Assembly (NCBI GenBank): GCA_013239625.1
Contig: MU057357.1
Coordinates: 55,278,515-55,342,514, forward strand
DNA: 64,000 bases
Reading direction: 5' to 3'
Source: Lama guanicoe
Lineage: Eukaryota
The notes under the pieces were generated by a model, which saw only the letters and a program-made list of their open reading frames with translations, made no database searches and was not told the origin of the DNA. Every line of letters begins with the position of its first letter. Positions within the stretch are counted from its first letter, which is position 1. This document shows positions 24,111 through 36,790 of this stretch, piece after piece. The position numbers and the translations under genes are program-made.

Positions 24111-24869
24111 AACACATAGTATGTAATATTCATGCATACTATAAGTAGTAAAATATAATTTCAGCTTCAAAAAGATAGTTTAACTTGATTTGTTTTTCTA
24201 GGTTGGGATTATAGATTTATGATCTCAGTTTTATAAAACACTCATTTTCCTCTAAAACTGTAGAAAATACATAACTGTACACCAAGCCAATCAAAGGAGG
24301 AAGGAGAAAGTCAATATAATAGGTTTCTTAGGCGTAAAACATATGAAGAAAAAAATTTAAAAATTGCAACAGGTTTTGCACAGATGAATCAAACATACAT
24401 ATTTAATATTATAAATCTGAATATAGTCTAGTAAAGATAAATGATATCAACCAAATTATTCACTGAGGAGCACTGATTTGTGACAAGAGATATGCATGTT
24501 CCTGTTCAAAAATGCATACTCATTTGCTAAACTTAAAACATAGGTTTCATAGAGAAAAGAAAATTATGGTTGTTCAAAAAGTAGATTCTTCAAAAGGGCA
24601 GTTTCAATCAGATTATTCCAAAATACTTGCAAATGTTACTAAGACGATAGCCTTCCTTAATGAAGCGTCCTGTGTACCATTTCACCCTTAGCCTTACTGA
24701 CCTGTGTCCCTGACTTACTGTGAGCTTCCTGATGGCTGCAACATTGTTTTATACTCATTTTTATATCCCATTACAAGGTGGCTGGCATATAATTTGGGTA
24801 TTGGGAACACAATACATTGTAATCATTTTTTGATAGGGAAAGTATTAGGCTTTGTTATGGATATCAATA

Positions 24870-25035
24870 CTTGATTTATTTCTATTTACTGAACACCTAC
24901 TATGTGCTGAGTATTGTGCATCTACTTATTATGTCAATAGAACTAGGTACGAAGTTATCTTTGATTAAAAAAATGAGAATTCAGATGATTCATGTATTAT
25001 ACAACAATATTCAGGACTTCACATACTTGGAAATA
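24870..25035 (-). mobile_element. MIR SINE
   Basis: TATTTACTGAACACCTACTATGTGC...AAATGAGAATTCAG. Confidence 0.55.
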
Positions 25036-25899
25036 TTCATCAAAAGTAATGATCACACTTGTTCATAAATGAGTTGCAGTAGGACTTTGAGGGCAAGATG
25101 CCACTTGGCAGGTTAATCCCCTTTGCTGGGGAAATGAAAAGAGAGAGTTTAGCTGTGAGTGCTCTTCTAGATACATTTATTCCTGGATCTCTTTCTCTCC
25201 TCCACTCAGTCGTACTGCAACATATTGCACATTGCTTTAGCTTGGAACAAGCACCAACTTCAAAATTCAATTTGGAGAACCTTAAAAATAGACTGAACAT
25301 ATCATGACAAATCAAACATTTTGAAGTAACACTGTTGGCAAGGTGGCTTTTACTTAAAATCGAACATGTTAACATTTTGCAAGAAGGTGAATTATTTTTC
25401 CTGGCAGATATGTTTTAAAGAACATTGAAAGGAAATACTGAATAAGAACAGAAGTGTCTAACATAAAATCGGTTCTCTTACAGGAAAGAAAAACATCAGA
25501 GAAATGACAACAAAATATATATTCTCTCCATCTGATAAAAACAACTCAATCTGAACAACAGCTTCCTATCAATAAAGCAATAGAGATTCTTACTCAATGG
25601 CCCAAGATATAAAATTATATAATATATTAATCTGATTCTTTCAGATAGATTTGAAATGTCAGCTCCCAATTCAGCAAAACTGAACTTTCCTCATAGATTG
25701 GCTTGGAGGCATTTCCAGACACCTCCACGTTACACTGCTGAAAGTGAACACATCACAGCCCCTGAAAATAGCAAGGCATTTGCTTCAGAAAAAAAAAAAA
25801 GAATTACCATAATTTCTGGGCTCGGAATCTGCAGTATGAGTGCCTAAAGGCATTAAATCCAATTTCCTATATTCAATTCATGGCCATTTCTTGTGGTAC

Positions 25900-26020
25900 G
25901 ATTCACTCATTTATTCATTCAACAAACAAATATTTATTAAATGCCAGGCTCCTTGTACTAGTTGATGAGCTTACAGACATATGTATTAAAGGTTAGTCAC
26001 CAGTCTCTGGAACCTTAAAT
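25900..26020 (-). mobile_element. L2 3' end
   Basis: ATTCACTCATTTATTCATTCAACAAACAAATATTTATTAAATGCC. Confidence 0.65.
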
Positions 26021-26034
26021 CTCAGCCCACCTTC

Positions 26035-26039
26035 CGCGC

Positions 26040-26088
<49 letters not shown>
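26035..26088. repeat. (CG)10(TG)17 compound microsatellite
   Basis: 54 bp of perfect pyrimidine-purine alternation, counted directly. Confidence 0.95.
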
Positions 26089-26091
<3 letters not shown>

Positions 26092-26820
26092 TTAAAAGAA
26101 CTATCCAGTAGCCAATACTTGGCAAACCTAAAATTTGAGAAGCTTAAGTTGATAACTATTACTTGATCCAATGCTCTCATTCAGATTTCTGTTTATAGGT
26201 TTTAAACCACAGATATTGCTTTTGGAAATCAATTTAGAAAACCTCACATGTGTAAGGAATGTGAAACAGGACTGAGGACCACGCAGTCATGGTAAAGTCA
26301 CACAATCACATTTTCCTGAATTTCTGTGCTCTAGTACAGTCCTAGAAATCACGATTTTAAAGACTTGAAAAGGGAAAAGCACTGGAACACCTCGGTGTTC
26401 CTTGTTTTCATCTGTTCACATATATGCCTGCAGTTTCCAGCTTTCACCATAAATTGATGAGCATGTGCCTACAAGGCCCAAGCCCGATGGAGTTCACGCA
26501 GTTGACGTTGATTACTCAAAACGATTCAATGTCATCAGTGGATGTTTCCCAGGGACACAGAGAGGCAGTGAAAAGTAGACTGCAGGCACTGAACTCCCTC
26601 AAAGAGAGGGGGAAACAGGGCAAACTCACCAATATTGTATAATTCTTATGATGCGAATCGCATTTTTCATTAACTCACATATTCCCCCAAAACTTGCAGT
26701 CTTTCACATTCACGTGCCATGATACGAATCCTTAGAAACTATACTATATTCTGAGGAAAGAAAAATTTGAACCAGCCTGGTGCTTACATTTAAACTGACT
26801 ATTTTAAGAAGCACTTTCCT

Positions 26821-26950
26821 GGGGGAAGGATATAGCTCAAGTGGTAGAGCACATGGTTAGCATGTACAAGGTGCTGGGTTCAGCCCCCAGTACCTCCCTT
26901 AAAAATAAATAAATAAACCTAATTACCCCCCCCCCAATTTTTGTTTTTTA
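26821..26950 (+). mobile_element. Camelid tRNA-derived SINE (Vic-1-like) with 13-bp TSD
   Basis: GGGGGAAGGATATAGCTCAAGTGGTAGAGC (A box)...GGGTTCAGCCCC (B box)...AAATAAATAAACCTAATTACCCCCC; TSD AAGAAGCACTTTC at 26806-26818 and 26951-26963. Confidence 0.9.
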
Positions 26951-27467
26951 AAGAAGCACTTTCTAATGCTCTATTTAGTACAATTTTGGGTTTACATTTC
27001 AAATAAAAATGTTTTCTATTCATTCCCTTCTGAATATTTATGCTAAGAGTGTGTGGTAAAGATTTCCTTTATCTTTTTCTTACCTCCGTGATCTTTGTGT
27101 AGAATCATAAATGGCAACTTTGTTCAGAAGACATTTTTCCACTCGAGTGGGTTGAAATGTGGTTGACAGCACGATAAACTCAGTTAATACTTTTAGATAG
27201 GAAAGTCATATCCAAAAACACACAAATAACTAAAGAAGAAATGAATGAGCAAGGCCAGTCATTCCGTGAAGCCACAAGATCTCTGCCCTTGCCCCTGGCT
27301 ATGATCAGAGTACGGAATGATCCTTCGAGCCAATACGTTCATCTGCGATGGGCTGATTTAAAGAAAACCTGCATTTGCTCCTAAGAGAATTTTGTTGGAA
27401 TTTTGCACTCCTTAAGTGAACGTGATTAAGTGGTAGGAAGAAGGAGAAGTCACACTGAAATAACTAT

Positions 27468-27910
27468 GTGAGGTAAGAAGTTTGCCTGACACAGCTGCCT
27501 GGATTCTCACAGAAAACACAGGACTCCTGGATCAAGGACAAGTAAGTTTACTACTCACAGGAAAATCAGAAGCAAAAGTTTCAAGATATTTGCTCTGGTT
27601 CCCTGGGCCCCCAGTCCCACAGGGAAGCAAGAGGTTCATGTGGGGCTTGCAACGTGCCACCAGAGAGGGGCCCTGATCTCAGGGAATCTGCTCCTCCCAC
27701 AGGCAAGCCGTCAGCCAGCTTCCATGCTGCCCAGAGGGAGACCTACACTGGCTCAGGCCTCAGTGATGCCTTCTTGGGATGCATTTCCCGCTTTGCAGAA
27801 TCAGCTGCTGCATAAACAATCTCAAGAAGGGGCACAGGTGAAGGATGGTTTGGCCCCCTCTGCAAGGCATGTAAGACGACACGTGGACCACAGTGGACTG
27901 CTTTGCCGCA
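27468..27910 (-). mobile_element. ERVL solo LTR (LTR40/LTR41-like)
   Basis: AAGTTTGCCTGACACAG...CAGAAAACACAGGACTCCTGGATCAAGGACAAG...TTTACTACTCACAG...CCCCAGTCCCACAGGG resembles the reverse complement of LTR40/41 R-U5. Confidence 0.7.
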
Positions 27911-28469
27911 GACCTGTAAATTGACTTGTGCACACCTGCAGCTGGGAAGTCCTGCGCTCCTAACTGGAAACAAAAATAGTTCAAGAACAAACCATCTACT
28001 CCTACTTCTACTTTGCCTTCTGAAGAAGCTGCATGAGGACAGGAGCCTTTGCTTTTTAGATTAATGTCATCTCAGGGCCTAACACAGACCCTGGCCGGGA
28101 CCCTGGCCCTGACGGGAGGTTAATATGTTTTTAATATATTTTTCATGCTTGGATAAATAAATTCTGTTTATTTATCCAAGTGCACTTGCCCCATTCTATT
28201 AGGCATCTCGCTGATTTACCATTTAGATCTGATGTACTTTCGGTTTGAATCACCATCCTTGACTGTAAAAAAAAATGTGGCTTGTCCCTGTAAACTAATA
28301 TTGAAGGCTTTCTAGTCCCTGCTTAGATGCCTGGGCCCCCAGGGGTCTGGGGCCTTACCTCTCCTGTCTGCTCTCCTCCTCGGAGCTGTAAGATCACTAG
28401 TCTCTCTCTCTTCCTCACAGCTATTCATCCTTACTTCCTACTCTACCACTTCTGATACTTGTCCATATT

Positions 28470-28700
28470 GGTTAAAAGAACAGATTTCTTGGTCAGAGTC
28501 TAGTTTCAAAATCGGATTTAGTCATCCACTAGCTGTATGAGCTCAGGTCTTGTAATGTCTCTTCAACTCACCTTCTTTAAAATAATAAGAATAACAGAAC
28601 TAAATTAGAATTAGTTAATTAAATGAGATAAAGCACGTGTAACCAGTTTTGCAGAACAGGCTGGACTCAGGAAGTTCAACAAGCAGTAAGCAACTTTATA
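28470..28700 (+). mobile_element. MIR SINE
   Basis: CACTAGCTGTATGA...CTTTAAAATAATAAGAATAA...ATTAAATGAGATAAAGCACGTG. Confidence 0.6.
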
Positions 28701-31700
28701 ATTTTATCACGATAGCCTTCTGAAACTAACTTTGGTGCACCCTTTCTCCTCTTCCCTGGACAAAATTTTGGGCACATCCTCTAGATTTTTAAACACTTTC
28801 AGAAATTAATTAACAAGCAGTTCTTATACTCTACACTTTAAGCTACTAAAACTTTAATCTTAACCAGTTAAAACTGCAATATTTCCCTAGTTCAGACACA
28901 ACCAACAATTTCCAAAGGCCAACAGTGGGGTGGCGGTGACTTATCTTTCTTCCCAGCATTTTCCCTGTGTTCTTCCCTCCTCCTCTAAGTTCCACCTCCT
29001 CCTCTTAGTCTCTATCATTAGACATCTTCTGGCTCCCCAGACTGAGGAAGAGGGGCAGAAATACGAGGATAAGATTGAAGTCATTTTTAACTAAAGCTGC
29101 TGAAATCCAAATACTATTCATCTCTATTGGGGTAGTTATCTGACTTATTCAGAGATCACCCTCACCTTGCTGGGGTCCTCCCACTACTCCTTTCCTAGGC
29201 AGAAGGGGCAAAAACTCTCTGGCAGAACCCTCAGGTCTCTCACTCAACAGCTGTCCACTCCAAAGAGTCTCCCTCTGCCAGGACCACCACCTTCAGAGGT
29301 ACAAACATTTGAAAACATATGCCTTCTAATTGGGAACTCATCCCCCAAACCCCCAGGATCTTGGTGAGCAAAAATAAGGAAACACTCTTACATCTTATGA
29401 TAACCCTTATAAACCTGTTTGCTTTTTTTGGAAGGGAGGGGCAACCTTCTGCAAAGCACGCAACCTCACGACAAAGCTACCATGAGAAATGAGAGACAGA
29501 CAAAAGAGCTAACTGTCAGTGTGCCTATCATTCTACTATTCAGGAAGCCTCAGAGTCATTTGAGAGTGCCAGCTGCAGGACAAGTATGTAAGAGGAGCAA
29601 TGAAAGCAAGTGGAGGAGATAATTGAAGTTCATGTGACAGTATAATTAGGAAAGCATGAAAAGTGTCAGAAGAGGGAAGAAGTTATGTTTGCTGTCTGTG
29701 GCTCTATTTCCCTAGTAATACGGTCATCAGAGTAAGATCTACTAAAGTTAAAGTTTGTTCCACATATGACTGTATCACAAAAAAGACACCTAGGATAATT
29801 TTTCAGTTCTCTGTATTGCTTTGCATAATTTGGTCCACCTGTCTTGAAAGTTGTGCTATTTTTGGACTTCTGACAAGATACTATCTGATATCTGTCTTTC
29901 TGTCATGAAAGGGAGCCAAGATCATGCCCCACAGTGACAGTGATATTTAGGAAACATATCAAATCAGTTACCTTCCCCTTTTCCTGTATGCAATAAAACA
30001 GCTGCTAGTTATTGAACAGACTGGAACTTGATTTCTGTGAATTTCTCAAACATTACAAAGTATTATTAATAATAATCTTATCAGAGTACACGGATCACAT
30101 TAATGTTCATTTTGTATTCTTTCATTTTGCTTCAAATGCTCTCTGTTGCAAATCTCCGTTCTCTCCATCACGCCTTCTTTAAATTTCCTTATCCTATCTA
30201 CCTACTTATTTTTGAATATCCAAAGCTTTTCCTATTTGGGCTCTTTAGTATATCCAAATTACACATTTCTCCCCAGAATGTCAACAAAGATTTTTGATTC
30301 TAGATGGCAATGTGGAATACTTAGGTCAATAGACATAACTCTAATGTTGAGGACAGAGGATAAAAGGAAATTATTTTAATTTCTCTATATGCCTTTTATG
30401 GCTACTTCTTTGTTTTGTCTGGAAGAGTCTATGTTTTAATGAACTAACAATCTCTAACAGTTGAATGGTGCTTTGTTTATTTTGAATGCATTATCTCAGG
30501 AATCGGAGCAGACTTCTACTGCTATTCCATTAAGTCTATTAAGATCATAACATGTAGAGTTAGTACTTTCCCAAGAAAGTAAGTCTAGTTTCCAAGATCC
30601 CTTTGCTTCTCTAGTTTCTAATAAAGCCTTTCATAAAGCAAACTCACAAAATTCAGATCCCTAGATAAAGTAAATATGTATCCTCAGTGTTTTCCTCATA
30701 TAAAAACCTCATGATATTCCAACAAACAAAGTAAATTCAAAGAGATAGTGGGTTTAATTTCCCCTGGGGCCACTGTCTTTTTCGCTTTACGTTTAGCCTG
30801 ATTACTATTAGGCCCTAGGTACACAGTAACTTCTGGGCTCGCTGGTTGGAAAGAAAGCTAATACTCAGAAATTCTAGTGCTTTTCCTTACTGCAATATTA
30901 TACAGCTAAGAAAAATATCAGCCACCAAGCCTCTGAGCCTTCAGCAAATTAAGGGTTTTGGAATTAATATAACCAGTAAGAGCAAAAGTTAACATTCATA
31001 TCAACAAGTTCTTGACCACCTGGGAAAGGTTTCTCAAACCGTAATACTGAACTTCAGGGTGAGAATCGTACATAACTCTGAATTAGGAAGAGATGACATA
31101 GTTTTGTTTAAAATCTTCACATTCACATCAAGGAAAATTTAGGGTAACATTTTTTTCTCCAGCATGTCCCCATTTTTTATGGTGCACACTACCTTACTTT
31201 TTGAAAATTATCATTTCAAATGTGTTTGACTAGTAATTCTCATACTTGAGTTGCAAAACACCTCAAACTCACATAGTGATATCTTTTCCTCCATCTTAAA
31301 AACTATAGCAATACAAATATCAGAAGACATAAATACAGTTGAAATTAATATTTAAAAAAGAAGAATAATGCATGGCCATGCAAAATACTTGTTTATTAAT
31401 AAATGTCACTAGCCATCTCCAATGTTTTCATCAATATTTCTATAAAAGACTACTTTTGCTAGCAGACAAGCTGTGATAGCAAAGGAATAAAGGAGAATGA
31501 AAAAACACCCATGCAGATACAAGAAAACTCTATACGGTGAATTGCTTCTTCTGCAAAAGACTGCCATTTTTCTCAACTAAAGAAGTAGAGCACCCCAATT
31601 TAAATTCTAGAATGTCAATGGTCTGTGGCATACACTAGGGCCACTCATACACTAGGACCACTCATGAGTTTGCATTTAAGTAACCCCTATCTACCAGAAA

Positions 31701-34055
31701 GCAACCTAATACAATCATTTACAAAAATTTATAGTTTCTTTACAATATTGTCTCAATATTTCTATTTTGTCAGGTGCTCACTGTGGATGAACTATAATCA
31801 TGTAGACTGCATTTACCTTTTATATCAGTAAAGAATGTAGATGCATGATACAGGTGTGTTTCTCCTTACTCTCTCTGATTGGCCTCCTTTATTGTATCTT
31901 AAATATTGGTTAAAGTCAAGGCTCTTCTCATCTCACTTTTTATGCATTTTATGGCAGTATTAGCCACTCTTATCTCTTAAATTTACAAACTGAAAAAACG
32001 GGTGTGGACAAAGTCTTTTCCTGAACCATCTTCCCTCCACTCAAGGAGTTTTTGGCCAATTAACACAAATGTATTTTGGATTATATTACAAGGAAAGGTA
32101 AGGTTACTGTCATAAAAAAGCTTTGAATCTCATTTAGTTGGAAAGCACCACGGAATGACAGTTGGAATACTCAAGATGACTATCAGAGAATATATGACTT
32201 TTCAAAAGGCAGAGATGAAAGAAGTGTTCCGCTTAGCGGGAAAATCACAGCGGGAAAAAATGCATCAATGCGGAAGGACACGGGGTAAGTTCAAGGAACC
32301 TGAGAAGTACAGGTTGAATACTGGGTAAGTATGCCAGGTTTATCTACATCTAAATCCACCCAGATAAGGCTTTGGCATCTGTTAGGTTACTTGTTATGAG
32401 AACTTGACTTGGGGAAGACTGAGGAAACTGAAAGAATAAGAAGGGGTAAATAAACATCTCTGTAATTTGTGGTAGTACCTTGCTCCTGGTTCCCTAGGGT
32501 TTCACAGAGGCATCAGACGGGTTGCTGTGGTGGGGGAGGGAGGAGGGAAAAGGAGGGAAAAATGAACAAGTTTGACTCAATCCCTAGTGCAGAGCAGCTC
32601 CATATTTTATTCAAAAAGACAGTGAAAAGGGCAACTAACAGAAAAAAAAATTCTGAAAATCATTTCTTTTAGAATAAATGCTACAAGAAAGAGCCATTAG
32701 TGAATGGTGGAGTTGGAAAAACGAGAGGAAGACAATGTAATGTAATATTTAATGCCATAGAAAACGCAAGGAGAATGAAATTGAACCTTAATTCCAAAGC
32801 AGAATACAAAAAATGCTTTCTATCATTTCCCAGTTATGGAAATCTTTTTCATCTCAATATATTTTTAACTGTTTTTAAAATCCACACACATTCTTCACAG
32901 TGGCAGGTTAAACACTTATTAGAAGATTAAAAAAAAAAGCCAAACAACATCACCCATTATTCCTACTTTATATCTCAAGATTCCTCTAAGTCGTACAGTA
33001 AACTAAATTTGAAAATAACAAGCTAGCATTCTCTGGTTCCTGTTTGCAAACATAACTATTAATTACTAACTCTTCTGTTTCCCTTGTAATGTGGGCATTA
33101 TACTCTGATATACCATGGCTAATTCGTTCTTGGTTTGCCCTTCAATTAAAAACAACAGTTTTATAATTCAGCTTTTAGAAAATACTGTACTAAACAAATT
33201 CCTTTTTTTCAGTTGATTAAAATGAAAAATTTTTGTGATAATACCTCTATTAATGATGCACAGACAGCAATCTGGATGCCATCAGAAAAGGTTTTGATTT
33301 GTTTTGTTCTGGCCATGAGTAATAAATAACAGAGGAGTCTTCAATATATATCTGCATCTCAATGATACAGAATATAATAGCATTGCATACTAAGAAACAA
33401 CGTGACTGCCTGAAAGTAACACAGGGGAATGACATTTCATTCCTCATATAAATGGTGTCCAATAACCAATTGGTAATTTTATAGCTTTGGTGGATAACAC
33501 TATTGATTCTGAAAAACATTTCTCATGTCTATTGTCTAATGACCCATAAATGAGTAAAATACTTTTAAATCTGAGTACTTTATTTTAGGAAATGTCATAG
33601 ATAGATATAAGGAAAGATAGATAGATAGGCCTTTAGCATTCCCGGAGTTCCCAAGGGTCTGTGGAAGGAAAATTTTGTAACTTTTTCACCTCAGTTCTCA
33701 AAGTGAGGGGATTAAAATTTCATCAGAAATTAATTGAGGTAAAAAATACATGAAATATTAATCTTACAACCAATGGTCATCTTAGTTCTAAATATATGGA
33801 GTAAAAAACTCTATTTCAAAAGTTGCCATCAGATTTGGAACTCTTTAATAAAAATATCTTGTCTATCAATCCATTTCCTTAGGAAGTCACAACAACAGGT
33901 AATCCTAAATTCATATCACAACAGGTAATCCTAAAAGACAGATACTCATCAGTTTCAAGGATGAGACATTACAAAGGAGATGATGACATTTCAAAGTTGG
34001 TCTAGACATTTAGTCATTGGTCTTAAATTCATTTCCCCTAAATATGAAATAAGAG

Positions 34056-34470
34056 TGTTCTGGGTTGAACTGCATTATTTTATAATCCACAAGTTGAAAC
34101 CCTAACCCCCAGATCCTCAGAATGTGGCTACATATGGAGATAAGGACTTTAAATATGTAATTCAGTAAGATGAGGCCAGAGGGTGGGCCTCATCAGTCCA
34201 ATCCGACTGATGTTCTTAAGAAGAAATACGGACACAGAGAGACCAGGAAACACTGCAGACAGAAGAAATACTATGTGAGGACACAGTGAGAAAGTGGCCA
34301 CCTGCAGGCCAAGAAAGACCTAAACCTAGAAACTAAAACCAAAGAAACTAAACCTGCCAACACCTGGATCTTGGACATCTAGCCTACAGAACTGTTAGAA
34401 AATAAATTCCCACTGTTTAAGCTACCCAGTCTGGGATATTTCATTACGGTAGCCCCAGGAAACGAATACA
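34056..34470 (+). mobile_element. MaLR solo LTR (MLT1B-like)
   Basis: TGTTCTGGGTTGAACTG start; CCTCAGAATGTGGCTA; ATGTGAGGACACAGTGAGAA; AAACCTGCCAACACCTGGATCTTGGAC; ends AAACGAATACA. Confidence 0.9.
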
Positions 34471-34647
34471 ATGGCTTTATAACACATCTTTGCCATTTAC
34501 ATGAAATTACGCATTTTGTCTAATCATCACATAGTCCCTATGAGAGAAAGTTAATAACAGCAACGTTTGGAGTAATATTTCACTTGCTTAATGCTGCCCT
34601 GTCTCATCTGCCACTTAGCACATTAAGATCACAGTCCAGCAAATCTC

Positions 34648-34700
34648 TCCCTCCTCTTCCTCTTCCTCTTCTTCCTCCTCCCCACCACCACCATCACCCC
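34648..34700 (+). repeat. (CCTCTT)n/(CCA)n low-complexity tract
   Basis: Directly visible. Confidence 0.75.
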
Positions 34701-34714
34701 AGCAACAACAAAAT

Positions 34715-34900
34715 CTAACTAGCATGGTGTAGGCACTATTCTAAATGCTCTAGCTACTATATCACTTAATTCTCATTACTCTACAATTACGGTGCTCTTT
34801 TTATTAATTGGGAAATAGACACAGAGAGGTGAGTAATTTGGCCAAAGACACAGAGCTATATGACAAATCCAGACACCCCAACCAGGACTATTATTTAACT
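34715..34900 (-). mobile_element. MIR SINE
   Basis: AGGCACTATTCTAAATGCT...CACAGAGAGGTGAGTAATTTGGCCAAAGACACAGAGCTA. Confidence 0.7.
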
Positions 34901-35509
34901 ATCATATTATAGGGTTTAAAAATAGCTCTCTGCCTTTTAGAAAGTGAAGTCGTCTTCCATTTTGGCTCAATTACTCTCCTTAGATAGACTGAATCTTTAT
35001 TACAAAAGTCATATCTGCTTTCTACTCAAAAGTTTTTTCTCTTTTATATAATGCCAGTAGCTTTTTGGCTCAGGTGAATAAGCTAAATCTAATTTCTTTT
35101 TCCAATTTAGACATAGTCATACATAAAGTTCCTTGATAAATGAGAACTTTTAAATACTAACCATTGTTTCAAAATCTTTGGTAACTTTACCAACTGGAAA
35201 ACCAAATTACCTTTGCCACAATAATTGACTTATTATTCAAGTAATAATGTAAAATTTAATGAGGTATAGCCTCAAATTTTGACTCCCAGCAAGAAAAATT
35301 TTAAAGTTGGACTTAAAGTTTGTAAAATGTAAAGAATATCATGTTGAGTTTCATTATATGTGTTTGAGAAATCGCTTTCTTCCCCTACTCTAATCAAAGA
35401 GCAGTAATCCAAAAACATCCCAAGGTTATGGCACACAGAGAATTAAAATAGAGAATAATGGAAATTGCTATCATTGGGTTTCTTGAACGGAGAAGAAGCA
35501 CTGTCTCTT

Positions 35510-35740
35510 GCAGTTCAGAAAGGCAGAGTATAAAGTTACCTGGGTTCAAATTTAACTGCACCACCCTGTAGCTGTGTAATCTTGAGCACATTATTTAACC
35601 TCTTTGTGCCTCTTTCTCCTGTTCTCTGTGGGGATAATCATAGTGCCCACCTTATGAAGTTTTAATGAGGATCTAACAAGTCAATATTTATAAGTCACAT
35701 GAAACTAATTTGGTCATGGTATCTTCTATAAATGTTTTTT
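35510..35740 (+). mobile_element. MIR SINE
   Basis: CCTGGGTTCAAAT...TAGCTGTGTAATCTTGAGCACATTATTTAACCTCTTTGTGCCTC. Confidence 0.8.
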
Positions 35741-36544
35741 TAAAGACAGAACTATTATACTTCTGTGGTTAATCCAGGATGTTAGTGGTGGCAGAAACAC
35801 AGGGACTAAGGAGACTTTCTCTGACTACGTCATGGAAAAACCATGTCCCCATGTCTCCCTGTTTCTGATTCCAAGTGAAACAAAAACTCCAGCCAACAAG
35901 GCATAGATCTGTGAACATTACTAAAGCTCATTTTAAAAATTCCTGAATCATGCAAAATGCACTGGCGGATGTGGATAAAAATCTTTTAACATCCCTGACT
36001 ATTCCAGCACTATTGCGATCCAAGCCACTTTCTGTTGCTCCAATGTCACTTCTGAGTGTTTCTTCACCAAAACAAAAACTGCTCTCTCAAGACTGAAATG
36101 TGGAGCTCTTCATTCAAAAGAAATATGAAACTTTGGCTGAAGTGACGTAATTTGAACCCTCATTCTCTTTTTGTATCTTTGCACACCCTGGTCAACTGAG
36201 AAAGTAAACAAAAACAGGGACAGTGATTCTCTATGTATGCTTGATCTGAGTAGAACACTGTAGAGAAACTCTCTCTCTTCCAAACCTTTCACTGAGGTAG
36301 ACTGCAAGGGAACGTTTTATTAGCTTCGATGCATGGCACCAGACAGGCAGTTGGGGACATAGTTTTATTAGCAAATATTTTATCATGTCATTTTGCCTCC
36401 ATTTTCTGATCTACAAAATGCACAGTAGACATGAACGTGTGTGGGTGTGTGTGAGCTTCATAGGAATAAAAATACTTACGTTTCATAACACTTTAAAATG
36501 AATGTTTCATCCATTTCCAATCACATGTAAAGTAAGTCATCCTG

Positions 36545-36790
36545 GCTAACATTTATCTAGCACTTACCATGAACCAGTCACTGTTTGGAGTACCTTAAAT
36601 ATATTAGCTCATGTATTCCTTTCAACAGCCTTCTGAGACAGGCACTATTATTATCCCCATTTCACACATAAGGAAACTGAGGCATAGAAAGGATAAGGAA
36701 CTTGCCCAGAATTACCCAGTGAGCAGGTAACAGAACCACATTTAACCAGGTATTCTGGCTCCATCATCCTTTATCTCAAGCACTACGGTG
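36545..36790 (-). mobile_element. MIR SINE (well preserved)
   Basis: GCTAACATTTATCTAGCACTTACCATG...ATTATCCCCATTTCACACATAAGGAAACTGAGGCATAGAAAGGATAAGGAACTTGCCCAG. Confidence 0.9.

Noticed and set aside
26821-26895. tRNA-Ala-like gene (also 62429-62489)
   Set aside because: Acceptor stem is broken, and it is followed by a SINE body, A-rich tail and TSD; it is a tRNA-derived SINE
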